Shown piece by piece: positions 9,851-24,700 of a stretch of DNA of 64,000 bases. Source of the stretch: the human T2T-CHM13v2.0 reference genome, Homo sapiens. The stretch is from the NCBI RefSeq assembly GCF_009914755.1, contig NC_060931.1. The stretch is one strand, 5' to 3'. A model generated the notes under the pieces. The model was not told the origin of the DNA and did no database searches. It was given only the letters and a program-made list of their open reading frames with translations. The position numbers and the translations under genes are program-made. Position 1 is the stretch's first letter, and the number at the start of each line of letters is the position of its first letter.

Positions 9851-10519
9851 TGCAGCACTGCTTGGGAGCGGTGAGCACCCAGGCAAGCAGTGATTAGGTG
9901 CTTGCCTGATCCTCCCACCTCACCTCCCTGATCACCTCCTCCTCTTCCTCCCTACACCCAGAGCAATGGCTCCTGTCGAGTTCCTCCCTCTAGGGCCCAA
10001 GGGGTTCAGTGAATCTAATTGGAAGCAGCTTTTTAGTCCTGTGACCCAGAGGCTTGCTGAGGGCGTGGGGAGGGGACCAGATTGTGGAGAGCCAGGCCTG
10101 AGGCCAGCAGAGTCTATTGCGCAACCTGCAGGCTGCACAGCCCCAGCCCTGGGGGTTGCATTTCTCCCTTTACCTTTTCCCCATTCAATTCACAATAGCG
10201 GTCTGGTGGCAGACACCACATTCCTGGCACTGTGGAGGCTAAGTCACCAAGAGGGCCGCACACTCCCTCATAGAGCTGCTCAGAGCTCTCTCCACCGTGG
10301 CCCGGGGCTCAGGCTTCAAAGTGGAGGGCCTCTTCCTCTCTTGCCTCTCCCTTCTTGGAGGCATGGGTTCCGGAGTGGGCACTACGTTTGTCGTTAGTTG
10401 CACTTGGGTTCAAGCCAGGTTTGGGGGCACAGGAAGATATGGTGGCTATTCAACTATTCAACCCGCCCCCTCAAATAAAATCCCACTATGACTGAAAATA
10501 AATCCTATTATTTGTGAAG

Positions 10520-10995
10520 TCCTCCCCATTTCACTCAAAGTAAAACACCAAAGGCTTTACAATGGCCTACGCAGGACTACAAAGACCTCCGAGTCTTGCC
10601 TCTCTGGACGAATCTTCTTTCTTTTCTTTCTTTCATTGCTCACGCAACTCCAGCCTTGCTGACTTCCTTGCAGTTCCTGCCCCAGGGCGTTTGCACTTGT
10701 CACTCCCTCTGCCTGGAGCAGGTTCCCTCAGACACCCATATGACTCACTCACCTCTTCACTCTTAGTCCCACCTGCAGCCTCTGCAGTGGCTTTTGCTAT
10801 TTCTTCACTTTATTTTTTTCTCCATGGTGCTTACTACTAAAATGCCACATAACTTGTTTATTTACTTTGTTGTATCATTTCTGTTTCTCCATTAGAATGT
10901 AAGCTGCATAAGGGTGGATTTTTTGTTCCGTTTGTTCAGCAGTGCCTAGCACAGAGCAGGCATGAGAAAAATGTTTGTGGAAATGAATTGAAATT
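10520..10995 (+). mobile_element. L2a 3' end
   Basis: ctccccatttcactcaaagtaaaa...ccagggcgtttgcacttg...ttagaatgtaagctgcataaggg...gtgcctagcacagagcagg...tgaattgaa. Confidence 0.85.
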
Positions 10996-12459
10996 GAATT
11001 AAAATAGTCATAAGGATGTCCAGAATTCTAATTTCTCCCATGACTTCCCTGAAGTTTCCGTATCAAATTATTTGAAACCCACGTCACCTAAAAGAATCTT
11101 TTCTGTTTTCCTTTGGGTGAATTCCAGCTCTGATTCAGGGCATAGCCACACAATGGTCTGCTACAAACAAGCACTTGGAGGGTTTCTGAGGCCAGGCTCT
11201 ATGCTGGATGCTGTAAATAGAGATGCGAGAAAGAGAGACACCACCCTGCTCTCTGGAGCTCACAGCCTTGGGGGAGGCCCACGAGGAGCAGGTGGCAATG
11301 ACGAGAGTTATGACAGGGAAGCCCGGGGGCTGTGGGCGCCCATGGGAAGGGAGAAAGTTCCAGAAGGAGAGAACAGTCAGTGTATGTCTCTTAACTCCTT
11401 GGAGCTCTTTCCTCGTGTTAAGGCTGAGCCTGTGAGCTGACTTGGAGGGCAAATGAGAGGACCAGCTGCAGGGCGCTCTGCAGGTGACACGCAGATGCTG
11501 GCTTTCATTTCTTGCTCCTCACTAGGAAAGCAGGAAGGCAGGGTGGAGATTAGTAAGCCCATTTTCCAGATTTTACCATGTTTATTATAAATTATATGTT
11601 ATTATATCAACAAATAATTTATTATTTATTAATATCTTTTCCTGTGTGTAACTTTTCCCCCCTTCCTCAAATTTTAGTTACATCGAGAACTCCTGAAGGG
11701 CTGGGACCCTTCCACGTTTCTTGTTTCCTTCTTGCCCCCTTCTCAGCAGAGCCCAGATCCAGCCTTGGTAAATCAGGATGTTGGGACTCAGAGAGGGAGA
11801 GTCACTCGTCTATGGTCACACAGAGAATCAGAGCTTGGGCAGGGGCTGAGGCCAGGCCTCCTGCTTCCTTGCCTGAGGCTCTTCTACTGCCAGACACGTG
11901 CTCTTCGGAGCCCATCTCTAGCCTGTGTCTAGGGTTCCCCCGGAAGAAGCCGTGGCCCCTGACCCTGCTAAGCCTTCCTCCACTCCTCCAGCACCCCTGG
12001 GGCCATCAAGCTCAGAGCTGCAGGCCTGTGGGGATGGCTGGAGGCGTGGGAGTCAGGGCAAAGCCGGTTCTCACTGAGGTCTTTGCGTGCCTCTGCCAGG
12101 GCTCCCCAGTGCTCTGGCTCCTCCCTTTCTCCTCTGAGGATGGCCAGCTCACTGGAGCAGCTCTGGGAAGGACCACAGCCCGCCCTTTTGCGACAGACTC
12201 TCCCAAGCGTCAAGAAAACTGATCTTCAGGGCTAGATGGGCTGTCATAAAAATTCAGTGTCATACCTCTTCTTAACATCATATAGATGAGGAAACTGAGG
12301 ATTAGAGAAGGCAAGTGGCCTGCCCAGGTCCAGGGGCCCAAGGCAGGACTAGGTCTAGAATTAGAGTTCCGTGTCACCATTGAGCCTGAAGGTATCTGCT
12401 CTTTTAAGGCCTCTAGTGTGTTTCCTCTGGGCTGGACTCCTAGCGTCTGGGTAACCTTG

Positions 12460-12827
12460 TGTATTCGTCCATTCTCACACTGCTATAAGGACATACCTGA
12501 GACTGGGTAATTTATAAAGGAAAGAGGTTTAATTGACCAAGTTTGGCAGGGCCGGGAAGGCCTCAGGAAATTTACAATCGTGGCAGAAGGGGGAGCAAAC
12601 ATATCCTTCTTCCATGGCGGCAGCAAGAAGTGCCCAGCAAAAAGGAAAAAGCCCCTTATAAAACCATCAGATCTTGTGAGAACTGACTCAGTATCACAGG
12701 AATAGCATGGGGGAAACCGCTCCCACGATTCAATTACCTCCCATCGGGTCCCTCCCATGACACGTGGGGATTATGGGAACTACAATTCAAGATGAGATTT
12801 GGGTGGGGACACAGCCAAACCTTATCG
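12460..12827 (-). mobile_element. THE1D-like solo LTR (ERVL-MaLR)
   Basis: tgtattcgtccattctcacactgctataagg...gggacacagccaaaccttatcg; TSD ccttg/cctca. Confidence 0.9.
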
Positions 12828-13093
12828 CCTCACATAGCTCCAATGACAGGGTGCCCACTACCAGTCTGTGCTTCCTCTTGGTTCCTCTCCATTTCCATTC
12901 TCTTGAGTCCCGGACCCAGGTCTTAGGGGTCAGGTTTCCTGTGGCCTTCCCTGCTCTCCCACAGGGTGCTGCTAAGGACCTCCTGAGCTTCTCTCTACCC
13001 TTGTCTATACAGAGGGCTCCTGACACTTCTTCTCTGCTCTACACAGCACACTGGGGCCCAAGACAAGGTTTGCTCATTCTTGTCATTCATTTA

Positions 13094-13886
<793 letters not shown>

Positions 13887-14450
13887 CTACCAGGAAATGA
13901 CAAGCCTATCCTTTGACCCTTTTCAGGACTTGGAGGCGGAGGAGCCCTTGGGAACATCTGGAACATCTGTGAGCCATTCTCTCCCACTGAGGAGGACTGG
14001 GCCAGGGCTAATGTGGGCAGGGGGTGGACAAATAGATCCAGTGGGACACCCCCCAGGCCTCTTCCTGCTCCCAAACCCCAAACATTGCTTCCGGAACCTG
14101 TGCGGCCTGGCTCTTTCCCAGCCTCACCGCAAGACTCCCTAGTCCTGCCTCTGGCTCAGCATGGGCCAAGCCTACCCCGTCCACACCCTCTGCAGGGTTC
14201 CTTCCAGGCTGGGGGTAGCAGGAGAGAAAGCCAGAGCTGTGTGAGATTAGAGGAGGAAGAGCAGGCCAGGGAGGAGGCTTTCTGCGGGCGAGGGCATGGC
14301 TGGGAGGAACTGAACTAGGGTGAGGCAATGGAGGGGCCAGGTAGAGGGGGGATAACAGAGGGGAGCAACTTCTACTCCAGACTGACAGTGACATGAATCG
14401 AAACTTGCCCCCCACCCTTGCTCTTGGAGTTGAAACTTGAGGATGGAAGG

Positions 14451-14890
14451 TGTTATGGACTTAATTTTGTTCCCCCACCCCCTGATTTATATGCTGAAGT
14501 CCTAACCCCCAGTCTTTCAGAGTGTGATTATTCAGACACAGAACCTTTGAAGAGGTAATCACGTTAAAACGAGTTCACTGGGGTGGGCTCTAATCCAACA
14601 TGACGGGTGTCTTTATAAGAAGAGGAGATTCAGACACAGACAGACAAAGGAAGAAGGCCATGTGAAGACACAGCCAGAAAACATCTGTCTACAAGCCAAG
14701 GAGAGAGAGGCCTCAGAAGAAACAACCCCGCAGATACCTTGATTGTGAACTTCCAGGTTCCAGAATCATAAGGAAATGCCTTTCTGTGGTTTAAGCCCCC
14801 CGATCTGTGGAATTGGTTATCCCGGTCTGTGGAATCGGTTATCCCGGTCGTCTGTGGAATTGGTCACATCAGCCCGAGCTGACCACGCAA
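14451..14890 (+). mobile_element. MLT1B-like LTR with an internal 22-bp triplication
   Basis: tgttatggacttaattttgttcccc...gtgggctctaatccaacatgacgggtgtctttataagaagagg...aagccaaggagagagaggcctcagaagaaac. Confidence 0.85.
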
Positions 14891-16242
14891 GAGTGACGCT
14901 GTTCAAACGGCACCATCCACTGTCTTAGGGATGGGTACTTTCAGTTCACTGGGACACCCCACTGTCTGGGCACTCTGCTGGGAAAGAGACACACACACCT
15001 TCAGGCTCACAGTCCTGGCTTATGATTTCCCATGGGTTAGGGTCAAAACTGGGGCAACTGGAGAAGTTGATACTCTTCATTTGAACTAGACAGGGTGATC
15101 TTTGACAGAAATCAGTCTACTTGGTGAGTTGTATTTGCTTTCAAGAACATAGGAAAAAAACAGGTACAACATTGCCAGTACAGAGACCAACCAGAGGTGG
15201 AAGTGCCACTGCCTTCCTCTTGGACTCTGAAGGGATAGAAGTGTCTGCTTCCTGCCTAGAGCCATCAGATTCAGGGACTCATAAACATATAGCAAATGCC
15301 TGAGGCAGGGCAGTTCACAAAGCTCAAGGATGTACTGGGCTGCTGAAACACTTAACCTTGAGGGGAAGGGTTGGTTGTCCATGGAATAATTGTGCAAATA
15401 GCTAATTCTTTCCTATTCCAGACATCGGCAACAGACTGCATGTTTAAAGCATGTCACGTGTCACCTTAATTAATCCTCACAAAACCCCAGTCACTATCAG
15501 CATCTCATTTTACAAATGGGAAAATTGAGGCACAAAGAGATGATGTAACTTGACCAAGGTTACTCCGCTGATAAGGAGGAGGGGTAGTAACATCAGTTGG
15601 AGAAGGCGTGTGAAGAGGAAACCTCTGGGGAAAGGTGAGGGAGCAGGGGAGCAGTCACGTGAGCTGCCTTCTGAAGTCTTGCCTCTCAGTTTGGAGTGAC
15701 TTTGGGACACTTATTTGAACACTTCAGTAAAAAATAAACACTCCTTTTTGAGGTCCAGAGAGAATTTAGTCTGAGGAAGATAAGCCCTACAAGATGTGGT
15801 TATTGAGACAACCAAAAAAGTCAGTCAAAGTGGACAATCGTAAACAATGACAAACACCTTAAATATTTGGAGACAGCTTAAAAATCATATATATTCATTA
15901 AGCACTCTTGATGTGTGGCCAAGGTCTCTTTTTTGAACAGCAGTCTGCTGGCTGATGAGAGTTCTTTTATATCTTTATTTTTAAAAAACCACGTGCATGA
16001 TGTCTCATCTTTGATTTCCTGTTCTGGTTTCTTTATAGAGTAAGGAAAGCATAAAATCCCTCGCTGGGTGTCATAAGGGCTGAGTCCCCATTCCCTAGCT
16101 CTCTTTCTTTCTGTGCATAGTGTAGGATGGCCCTTTGGTGCCCATCTGGAGTTAGTTATGGTCACATGACTTAGCTTGATCAGTCGACTGTAATAGAAAC
16201 AATGAGTGTCACTTCTGGGCAGACGCTTTAAGAGTTGGCTGA

Positions 16243-16726
<484 letters not shown>

Positions 16727-17269
16727 TTATTCTTTTCAGAAGAGTCAATACATACTTCACCATGTACCTACAACCTCAGGTACTGGAAAAGGTTCAGATA
16801 TATTGGGGGAACCATCCATTTGGGCCTGAGGCAGAGCCCCATTTAACCCATGATAGGCATGTAGCATGAGTAAGAAAAAAACCTGTGTGAGATTTAAACT
16901 ACTGAGATTTCGAGGATATTTGTTACTGCAGCCTACCCTTTCTTATCCTAACTGACACACTCATGAAGTTCTATGAGCATAGTCTTATTCTTGGCTAGAT
17001 GTATTTAGATACGTTTCTCCAGTATTTTAATATGGGTCTCACTCAGACCTCATTTCACAACAATTCTTTTTAGATACTTGCTTTTACTGTGTGATATTCA
17101 GGAACCCAGCCCTTCTTCCTGATGTTACTTCTATAGTGAAAATATGGAACTGCAACGAGGCATCCACTGTGCATGTACAAGGCAGCTCTTATAGGTATGG
17201 TCATCTGGAGCATCCTGAGGGCAGGTACAAGGCCCTTCTCTTCTCCTAGTTGAGAGAGACAATTTCCCC

Positions 17270-17760
17270 TGTTGTGAGAGACAATTTGCCATGGTCCATG
17301 AGAAAATTTGCCATGGACCCATCCCTGAACATTCTTGCTCGGTGTGCCGAGAATGCAAGGCTCTAGTCACTCTTTACCCGGGCTGTTTCGCAGGGCTGTA
17401 TTTGCCATGAGCAGCCATGAGAGATGCAGTAACACCTCCCACCAGGAAAAGACCAGGTTTCTTTCCACTCGCTAGAGAAGTGGCAAATGTTCCAAGCTCA
17501 GTGTTACTCTCCTGTAATGCGATCCATTGGGTGACTCACCATCATGGGCCCTTTGCATTGTCTTTGTGGGACTTGGGTGATGTCGGAGAACCGAAGCAAT
17601 CCTATGCAGCTCTGGCTAGTGCTTTTGCTGTGAGTGATGAAGTCCTTTGTCTCTGACCCAGGAATCTTGTATCTTTGGCTGGCATCCATGGAACAATAGC
17701 AGGCTAACTTGTTAGCTTGTAAATTGGGTAAAAATCTCAGACACTGCACTGTTCCTGACA
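17270..17760 (+). mobile_element. LTR40-family solo LTR (ERVL)
   Basis: TGTTGTGAGAGACAATT...ctctgacccaggaatcttg...gcaggctaacttgttagcttg...aaatctcagac...tgaCA; flanks tcccc/tccca. Confidence 0.8.
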
Positions 17761-20700
17761 TCCCAACTCCAGTTCAGCACAGGACTGGGCATGTAGTGGA
17801 ATGATGGGAAGTAAGGCTTGTGCTTTTCACTTATTGATCTTGGGGCAAGGGAGTCCCAGGATAGCCTTTCTCCATACTTAATTCTCTGGTGGCCTTTTCA
17901 CTTCCTGAGCCTCTGCTTTACCCTCTGCAATGGGGATAACAATCTAGGACCCGTGGTTCTCACTCAGGGCTGTTAGATTTGAAAGTCTGGGGGAAGATGA
18001 CTGCTGCTCTCTCATAAGCACCAGCTGACTTCTGTCTTTTCTCAAGGTAATGCTAGCAAACTTAGACCCCTCCCAGAGAGACTTAGGGCAGAGGAAGGAA
18101 CAACTCACTGTCAGTGAGAAAGAGGAATGTGACTAGGAGAGATCCAGTTGGCTGTGGAGTCTTCCCTTCTGGAGCTCTGCACAAACAGGACAGGAGCTTG
18201 CATGTTTTCAGGAGGCAGGGTCAGACTGGATACCTCCCAGGGCTCTGTTTGGAATGGGAAGCATGACACCCACCTCCAGGAAGCTGATGGGAAAGACTTG
18301 CCCTAGTTTCTAGCCAGGAATTTGAGTTTGCTATGTCAGGACAGCAGCAGTGGCCTAGCAAAGGTAGATGGCAGCCAGAAACAACGTGAGATGCATGTGC
18401 CATCTCTCCCTAGGCAGTGCTGGAATTTGTCCCCAAACACATACCTAGCAAAGACAGGGTGCATTCATGCATTTCACATTTAATAAATCTTGAAAAAATA
18501 ACTCAGTGCAAAATTGAGGGAAAAAGGGAAGGGATAGTTGTTTGTCTGCACCCTCTCCAACTGTGGCATCTTTGCTGTGCCCTCAATAACTGTCACATGG
18601 GAACCTGTGTGCCCTTGAATTTCTCCGCTACACTTCAGGGAAGGAGGCTGGCTTAGGGAAGGGTGATTTGTGTATGCTCACAGGTCAGACTGGAAGGTGA
18701 GAGAGAGACAAGGTGGTAGGATGGCTGCAGCAGCCCTGGTGAAAGGTGAGGAGGGCCTGAACTAGGGAGAAGTTCAAGGACGTTGGTGAGGTCTACTTCT
18801 CAGCTGGGGATGCAGCTCCTGACTGTCTGTGGGGCCCCAGGGTGGCATCCATGAAAACCCTTGTGTTTGCTCAGCCCCTGCACCTGGCTGAGGGCCTCCT
18901 CTTCTGCAGAGGATTCTGGGAGAGGTTGCCCCTGCCAGCCTTTAGTCCTCAGGGATGGGGGTTGGGCCAGGCTCAGGAACCCAGCCTGGGCCTCGCCATC
19001 CCAGACCCTCCCCACGCCACACCAAGGAAGGGCCTGTCACCAGGAGAAGTATGACCCTCCCGTGTCTGAGTCCTCATTTCACTTACAGCTCGGCGCTAAT
19101 CCAATTGCTGGCTCTAACCTAATTCTCCATTGTTGCTAGAGTCCTTTGCCTGCCGATATTAAAAATCTTTTCATTTAATTGTGCAGAAGATAGATCCTCC
19201 TCAGCCATCAGGTGGTAAATATAGAATAGCTGATGTGTAGCTCTAATTTCTTCCCTGGCAGGCCTCCTGCAGTTCTGAGTAATTGGGGACCAAGAAGCTC
19301 TGGGAGGAAGGAGACAGGAAGGAGAGAAGAGGGAGGCAGGGCGAGGAGCTGGGACCTTGCTATTGTCAGGAGGTTACAGATCAGAGGAATCTGGTCAGTA
19401 TGTCCATTTCTGCAGGACCAGTTGTTTTTCTTCTGAATCTCTCACGCTGCCTGGTGACTGGGGTCTTGAGATGTTGCAGGAGAATCACGTGTTCCTCCAC
19501 CATGGGAGATCAAGATGCACCATCCGAACGTACCTTTGGTGAAAGTCTTGGGATCCCCAGGTCACCAAGAACCACAGCTATTTGATACACCAAGACCCTT
19601 TGTGATGATTGAGTGTAACCCTCTGGTTTGGGGACCACATGGTTTCCCAGCCAGGCACTGAAAGAGTTGATGACAGATGACAAGCATCTTGATTTCTATC
19701 CAAGGAAGGAAAACTATGTGGAACCCTGTGGTCACTGTGTGTTCCCATAGGAGAGGGACAGTGGCATTGAAGTGAGGCTCCAGGAGCCATTAGCAGGCTA
19801 GGGTCCTCTCTCCTTCACCCAGAAAAGGGCAGGGCTCCAGTTAAAGTTACTGGCCTCACACTTGGCCACCAAGGAAGAAGGAAGCATCCTAGGAAGAGCC
19901 ACTGGTCACCAGACACTGCCTCTCTGGTGGCTCAGTCCCAACTGGGGCTTCCCAGGAGTTCACAGCTTCCAGGACTCCCTGGTGCCCTGGAGAACATGGC
20001 AGGCTACTCCGTCTCTTGGAGGGAGGGCTGCAGCTTCCTCTCAACTGCATGCTCAACTGCTGTGAGCTCCCAGCTCCTCATGCCTGTCCACTGGCAGACC
20101 TGAGCTTCTGAGACTGCTCCTGCTTCCCTGTAAGAAGTTTTGCTGCACCTCAGCTCTTGGACCCCCTTCTCTCCACCCCACCCTCTCACAGGCTGTGGGG
20201 GCATTCCTCCTCCCAGACTGGGGACCTCAGGTAGCCTTTCTTTCCCTTTTCCCTCCTGCCTCAGAGGGAGACACAGATATTTCATGGAGTACCTGTTTCC
20301 TGAGCACTTGGGGGATTCTCAGGGCTCCATCCCCGCCTGGCCCCATCACCCCAGGCCCTCTGGGTAGGTCTGTGCTCTCTGACTCCACCCCCTGTACTCT
20401 CCAAGACCAGCTCCTCGTCTCCCCCACTAATACTGGGTTTTGCAACCCCCTCTTCTCTACCCTTCTCTACCTGCTGATTCAAGATCCTTGGGGGAAGAGG
20501 AGGGAACACTCACTGCTTGGGAGCTGCTGAATCCTCTGACCAGGGGATGCTGAAGAAGGTGACTAAGGTGGTTTCCAAGACCCTGGCCTGGAATATTCCC
20601 ACTGCCCTTCTCTGTGAGTTATTCTCCTCTACGGCTCCTGCATCTTCAGAACAAACAACAGCAGAGCACGTGACTGCTGGAAACGCCCAGATGGCTCCAG

Positions 20701-20899
20701 TCACAGGATCCCTGCATGTCCGGGCCAGAATGGCCAGCACAGCTGTCCCCTTCCCTGTTCTCAGGTGAGGAAATGAACAGCATGTGGGAAGGCCACCCAA
20801 GCTCATGCAGTGGCTCCATGCTAGGACCCCGGCTTCCTGGCTACAGTCTAGACGCTAGACATTTCTGTTCCTGTTGTGAGAATGATAGAGAACTCACAA

Positions 20900-21110
20900 G
20901 GATGGGGGTCAGGATGACAGAGCGTCAAAACCAACTATCCCCTCTGCCAGCGGTGTGACCTCCAGCAAGTTACTCAACCTCTCTGGGCCTCCATTTCCTC
21001 ATCTGTAAAATTAGGGTGACAATGGTATCTGCCTCGTGAGGTGACACGAGAATCCGCTTAGATAACCCTCCCAAAGATAACCCTCCAGCACCCTATCTCA
21101 CACATGGTAA
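20900..21110 (+). mobile_element. MIR SINE
   Basis: gtgtgacctccagcaagttactcaacctctctgggcctccatttcctcatctgtaaaattaggg. Confidence 0.85.
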
Positions 21111-21589
21111 GTGATAATTAGCTATCACAGAAAATTCAGCTCCATTGGATTGAAAATTTCTCCTCAAACCAGTGTGAGGAGCATTAGCTTTTCAAGCAAT
21201 GAGCAGGCATTTAATTTACTCCTTTGGAAAATTGAAGGGTTCTGTGTCGGGGAACTATTTGGATGACTTTTCCAGAAAAACAAGGTTGTGCAGATGTCTT
21301 TTTTGCCTCCATAGAAGATTCCCAGCATAGAACAGGGGCAACGGAGTCTTTCTGCTCATCTAGACACTGCCCCTGGAAGCAGAGGGAGCCACCCAGGCCA
21401 GGCTGCTGCTGGTTTTACTCTGGAAGGCCTGCAGAAGCTCAGGGCTGCCCCAACTGCAGCCTGTCCTGCATCTCCGGCTGTGCAGGGCTGTGGGAATCCC
21501 TGCCCTGCCTCCCTGGAGGCTTCAGAGCAATGACTACGCCCCACGGTTCAGACCCTGGCCGGGCTTCAAGCAAAACTGCTGATGTTTAC

Positions 21590-21815
21590 TAGGGCTGGGG
21601 CTAAAGAGTGCCTACTCACCTGGGCTGCAAAATTTAAGGAGTGCCCCAAACCCCATAATCAAAATACATAATAATGTCCTGTATTTACAAAACAAAATTA
21701 ATTAAAAAATCCATGATGAACAGAGCATCAAACTTAAGTAAAGGCAGCATTTGACCTTGTGCCGGCAGGAGCCTGAGAACAAGTGCCTTTCTCATTTCGC
21801 CCTACCCCAGCCCTG
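21590..21815 (+). mobile_element. MER96B-like hAT MITE
   Basis: TIRs agggctgggg / ccccagccct; internal gcaaaatttaaggag and aaaaatccatgatgaaca. Confidence 0.65.
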
Positions 21816-22399
21816 AGTCTTGGGGCTCCTCCCAGATCAGTGGAGTTGGCCTCTCTGGGAATGGGATCAAGATGGTAATATTTGGGAAAAGCTCTTCAGA
21901 TAATTCTGCTATCAGAGGTTTGAGTACTCCCACTCTGAAAGAAATAATACATGAAACCTGAAGGTTGCAGAGGGGAAGGGATGGGAGATGCCATATGGTC
22001 CCTTCAGAAGGGACTGCACTGTTTAAGAGTTATATGCTAACAGACAAGAGAGGTCCCATCGGCCAAGGGGACTGCCATTCTGCTTTTCCACTTCCATCCC
22101 TTTGGGACATTCTCTGTGAATTCTCTTAGAATTCAGAAACTCCTAGAATGATTAGCTGATACGACAAATTAACTTGCTCTGTCTTTGAAGACCCTTTGCT
22201 CTATCGTCTCCTACTCCAGAAAACTAGGGTCCCTCCCTCTGCTCATCCACATCCTACACAGACTTCTAGGCGCAGCCCATGTCTTCTCTCTTCCAGGAAG
22301 TCCTTCCCAATGCCTCCTGTCCCGGGATCTCTCCCTCCATTCCTTCTGTAGCATACATTTGAGATCCTACTATATGACAGGCCGGATTACGGATATACA

Positions 22400-24700
22400 G
22401 GGATTGAATTTTTAAAAAGCTGTATGTGGGGAATTCAGATAATACCATCATATAATTTAATTCTACTAGAAGGTTTAGAATGAAAAGCAGCAATCTTTGT
22501 TCCCTGTTTCTCCAAGCCCAGTGCCTCCTTTAGGTTCTAATCACCCTTAATTCTCCTGGGTGTTTCCTCTAGTTTTTAACTCAATTTTTAAATATACGCT
22601 TACACAGTATTTTTTTTTGATACATCAGTTTTGGGCATTAGCTTTTGCCATGGTAAATAGCAGGTAAATCTCCCATCTCCCTCCTGCTTCTCTCCCCCCA
22701 TCCTCTCATCATCATTATGTTCCAGTTTTTGATTGAGGACAAGCACTGTCGAGGCCATTACACATTATGACTATGCATTCTTTTTTATACAGCCCTCCTT
22801 TGTTCTGGAGTTAATAACCCCTTTTTAACTCGCCTGATGTCTAGTATCTATTGTTAATTTTTTCTAAGTGCTCCACATCTCTACCACTCACTAATCAGAA
22901 ATCATCTCCGTTCAATCGAATGTATCTGTTTCGTTTTCCCCTCTGTTTCCTGGCTCTTCTCTGAACTCCTTGCTTGCTGGATCTGCTACTCGACTGTCCT
23001 CTTAGGACCTCTCTCTTCAGCCTGAGATTTACCTTCTCTGCCCTTCTCCATTAAGTTTCTCATTTCTGGAATCTCTTTTCTTCCTCTTCCTTGGTTTGTT
23101 CCCTGTTTTTGTTGCATACATCCTCCCATAGTGTTCTGAGAAAGGGGACTTAGGAAAGGGGACTTAAGAAGCAACATGTTCAGTGCTTTTACATCTGAAA
23201 CGCCTGAAAATGTGTTACTCTCTGCACATTTGATTGATGGCTTCCCTAGGTTACCTAGGTGGGAAATACTTTTACCTCACAGTCTCAAAAGTCCTGACCA
23301 TTGTCTTCTAATTCCCAGGATTACTAAAAAGCAACCTAATGTCGTTTTGATTCTTTGTCCTTTGTGACTTGCTTTGTCACTGTGTTAGGCCATTCTCGCA
23401 TTGTCATAAAGAAATTCCTGAGACTGGGTCATTTATAAAGAAAAGAGATTGAATCGGCTCATGGTTCTGTAGGCTGTGCAAGAAGCATGATGCTGGCATC
23501 TGCTCAGCTTCTGGGAGGTCTCAGGAGACTTAAAATCATGGTGGAAGGCAAGGGGGAGCAGGCAAGTTACATGGCAAGAGCAGGAGCAAGAGAGACAGTG
23601 GGGAGGTACTACACACTTTCAAATAACCAGATCTCAGGAGAACTCACTATCACAAAAGACTGTACCAAGGGGACGGTGCAACACCATTCATGAGAACTCC
23701 TTTCCCATGATCCAATCACCTCCCACCAGGCTCCTCCTCCAACACTGGGAATTACATTTCAATATGAGATTTGGGTGGGGACACAGATCCAAACCACACC
23801 GGTCACCTTGGAGGCTTCTCAGATGTCTTCACTGCCCTCCCTCTGCTTGTCTGTGTGTCCTTTTTCATCCATTGTGCTGGGCACTGAATATCCCTTTTAT
23901 TCCAGAAACCCTGTCCTAGGCCAGTAAACTTTTATGTGTAATTTTTCTGATAATTTCTTCTTAATTTCCCCTCACCTTACGTTCTGGAATTTTCTTCAGC
24001 CAGATGTTGGGCTTCCTACAATGGAGCTCTAATTTTTGTTGTTCTGTTTCCCCCCTATGTTCCGTATCTTTTACTTTTTTAAATTTTTAAAATAAATTTC
24101 TTGTACTTTATCTCTCATTCTTCTATTGATTTGGTAATTTATTAATACTTCAAAAAATTTTTCCAAGAGCTCATTTTTCTTCTCTGGTCCTTCTTCAAAG
24201 CTTTCTTGTGTCTGGATTCTCTCTCTATATATATTTCATTAAGAACGTTAATCATAGTTTGAAGTTTTCTTCTGTTCCCTGCATCTTCTCTATTTTCTCT
24301 AGGTTATTTTTTTTCAGTTTCTTTGTTTGGATGTTGGTCTTTAATGTTGGAGGATTTTCTCACATGTCTGGTGATCCTTGACTGCCAGTTCATATTTAAG
24401 AGAGACTCTCAGAGGCTGACTGAAGCCCACTGTGCCTGGACAGGGTGGGGCTACCAGTGGGATTCACACAGTAAGCCTGCCTTTCTGTTAGGGGATGCCC
24501 AAATGTCAGATCTTACCTTTTTCTGTGGCTTTGTTCAGGCCACAAAAAAAAATTGTTCAGGCCACAAAAAAAAATTCTTCTTCTTGAGAAGAATCAGCAT
24601 CCTGACTGAGTGGTGGCTACTGGCTCTCTGGGATGCAGAAGCACTAGTGGGAATCACCTGGGAGATGTTTCAGAAGTGAAATTCCACAGGACTTATTTTT
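22400..24700 (-). mobile_element. Old L1M/HAL1-like fragment, copy 1 (contains MSTA)
   Basis: T-rich antisense L1 ORF1-like sequence; ttctcacatgtctggtgatccttgactgccagttcatatttaagag. Confidence 0.6.
23381..23801 (-). mobile_element. MSTA solo LTR
   Basis: tgtgttaggccattctcgcattg...gggacacagatccaaaccacaccg; perfect TSD gtcac at 23376-23380 and 23802-23806. Confidence 0.92.

Noticed and set aside
11578-12222. 214-aa ATG ORF
   Set aside because: Starts in an AT-rich low-complexity tract and crosses MIR-like sequence; no protein-like features.
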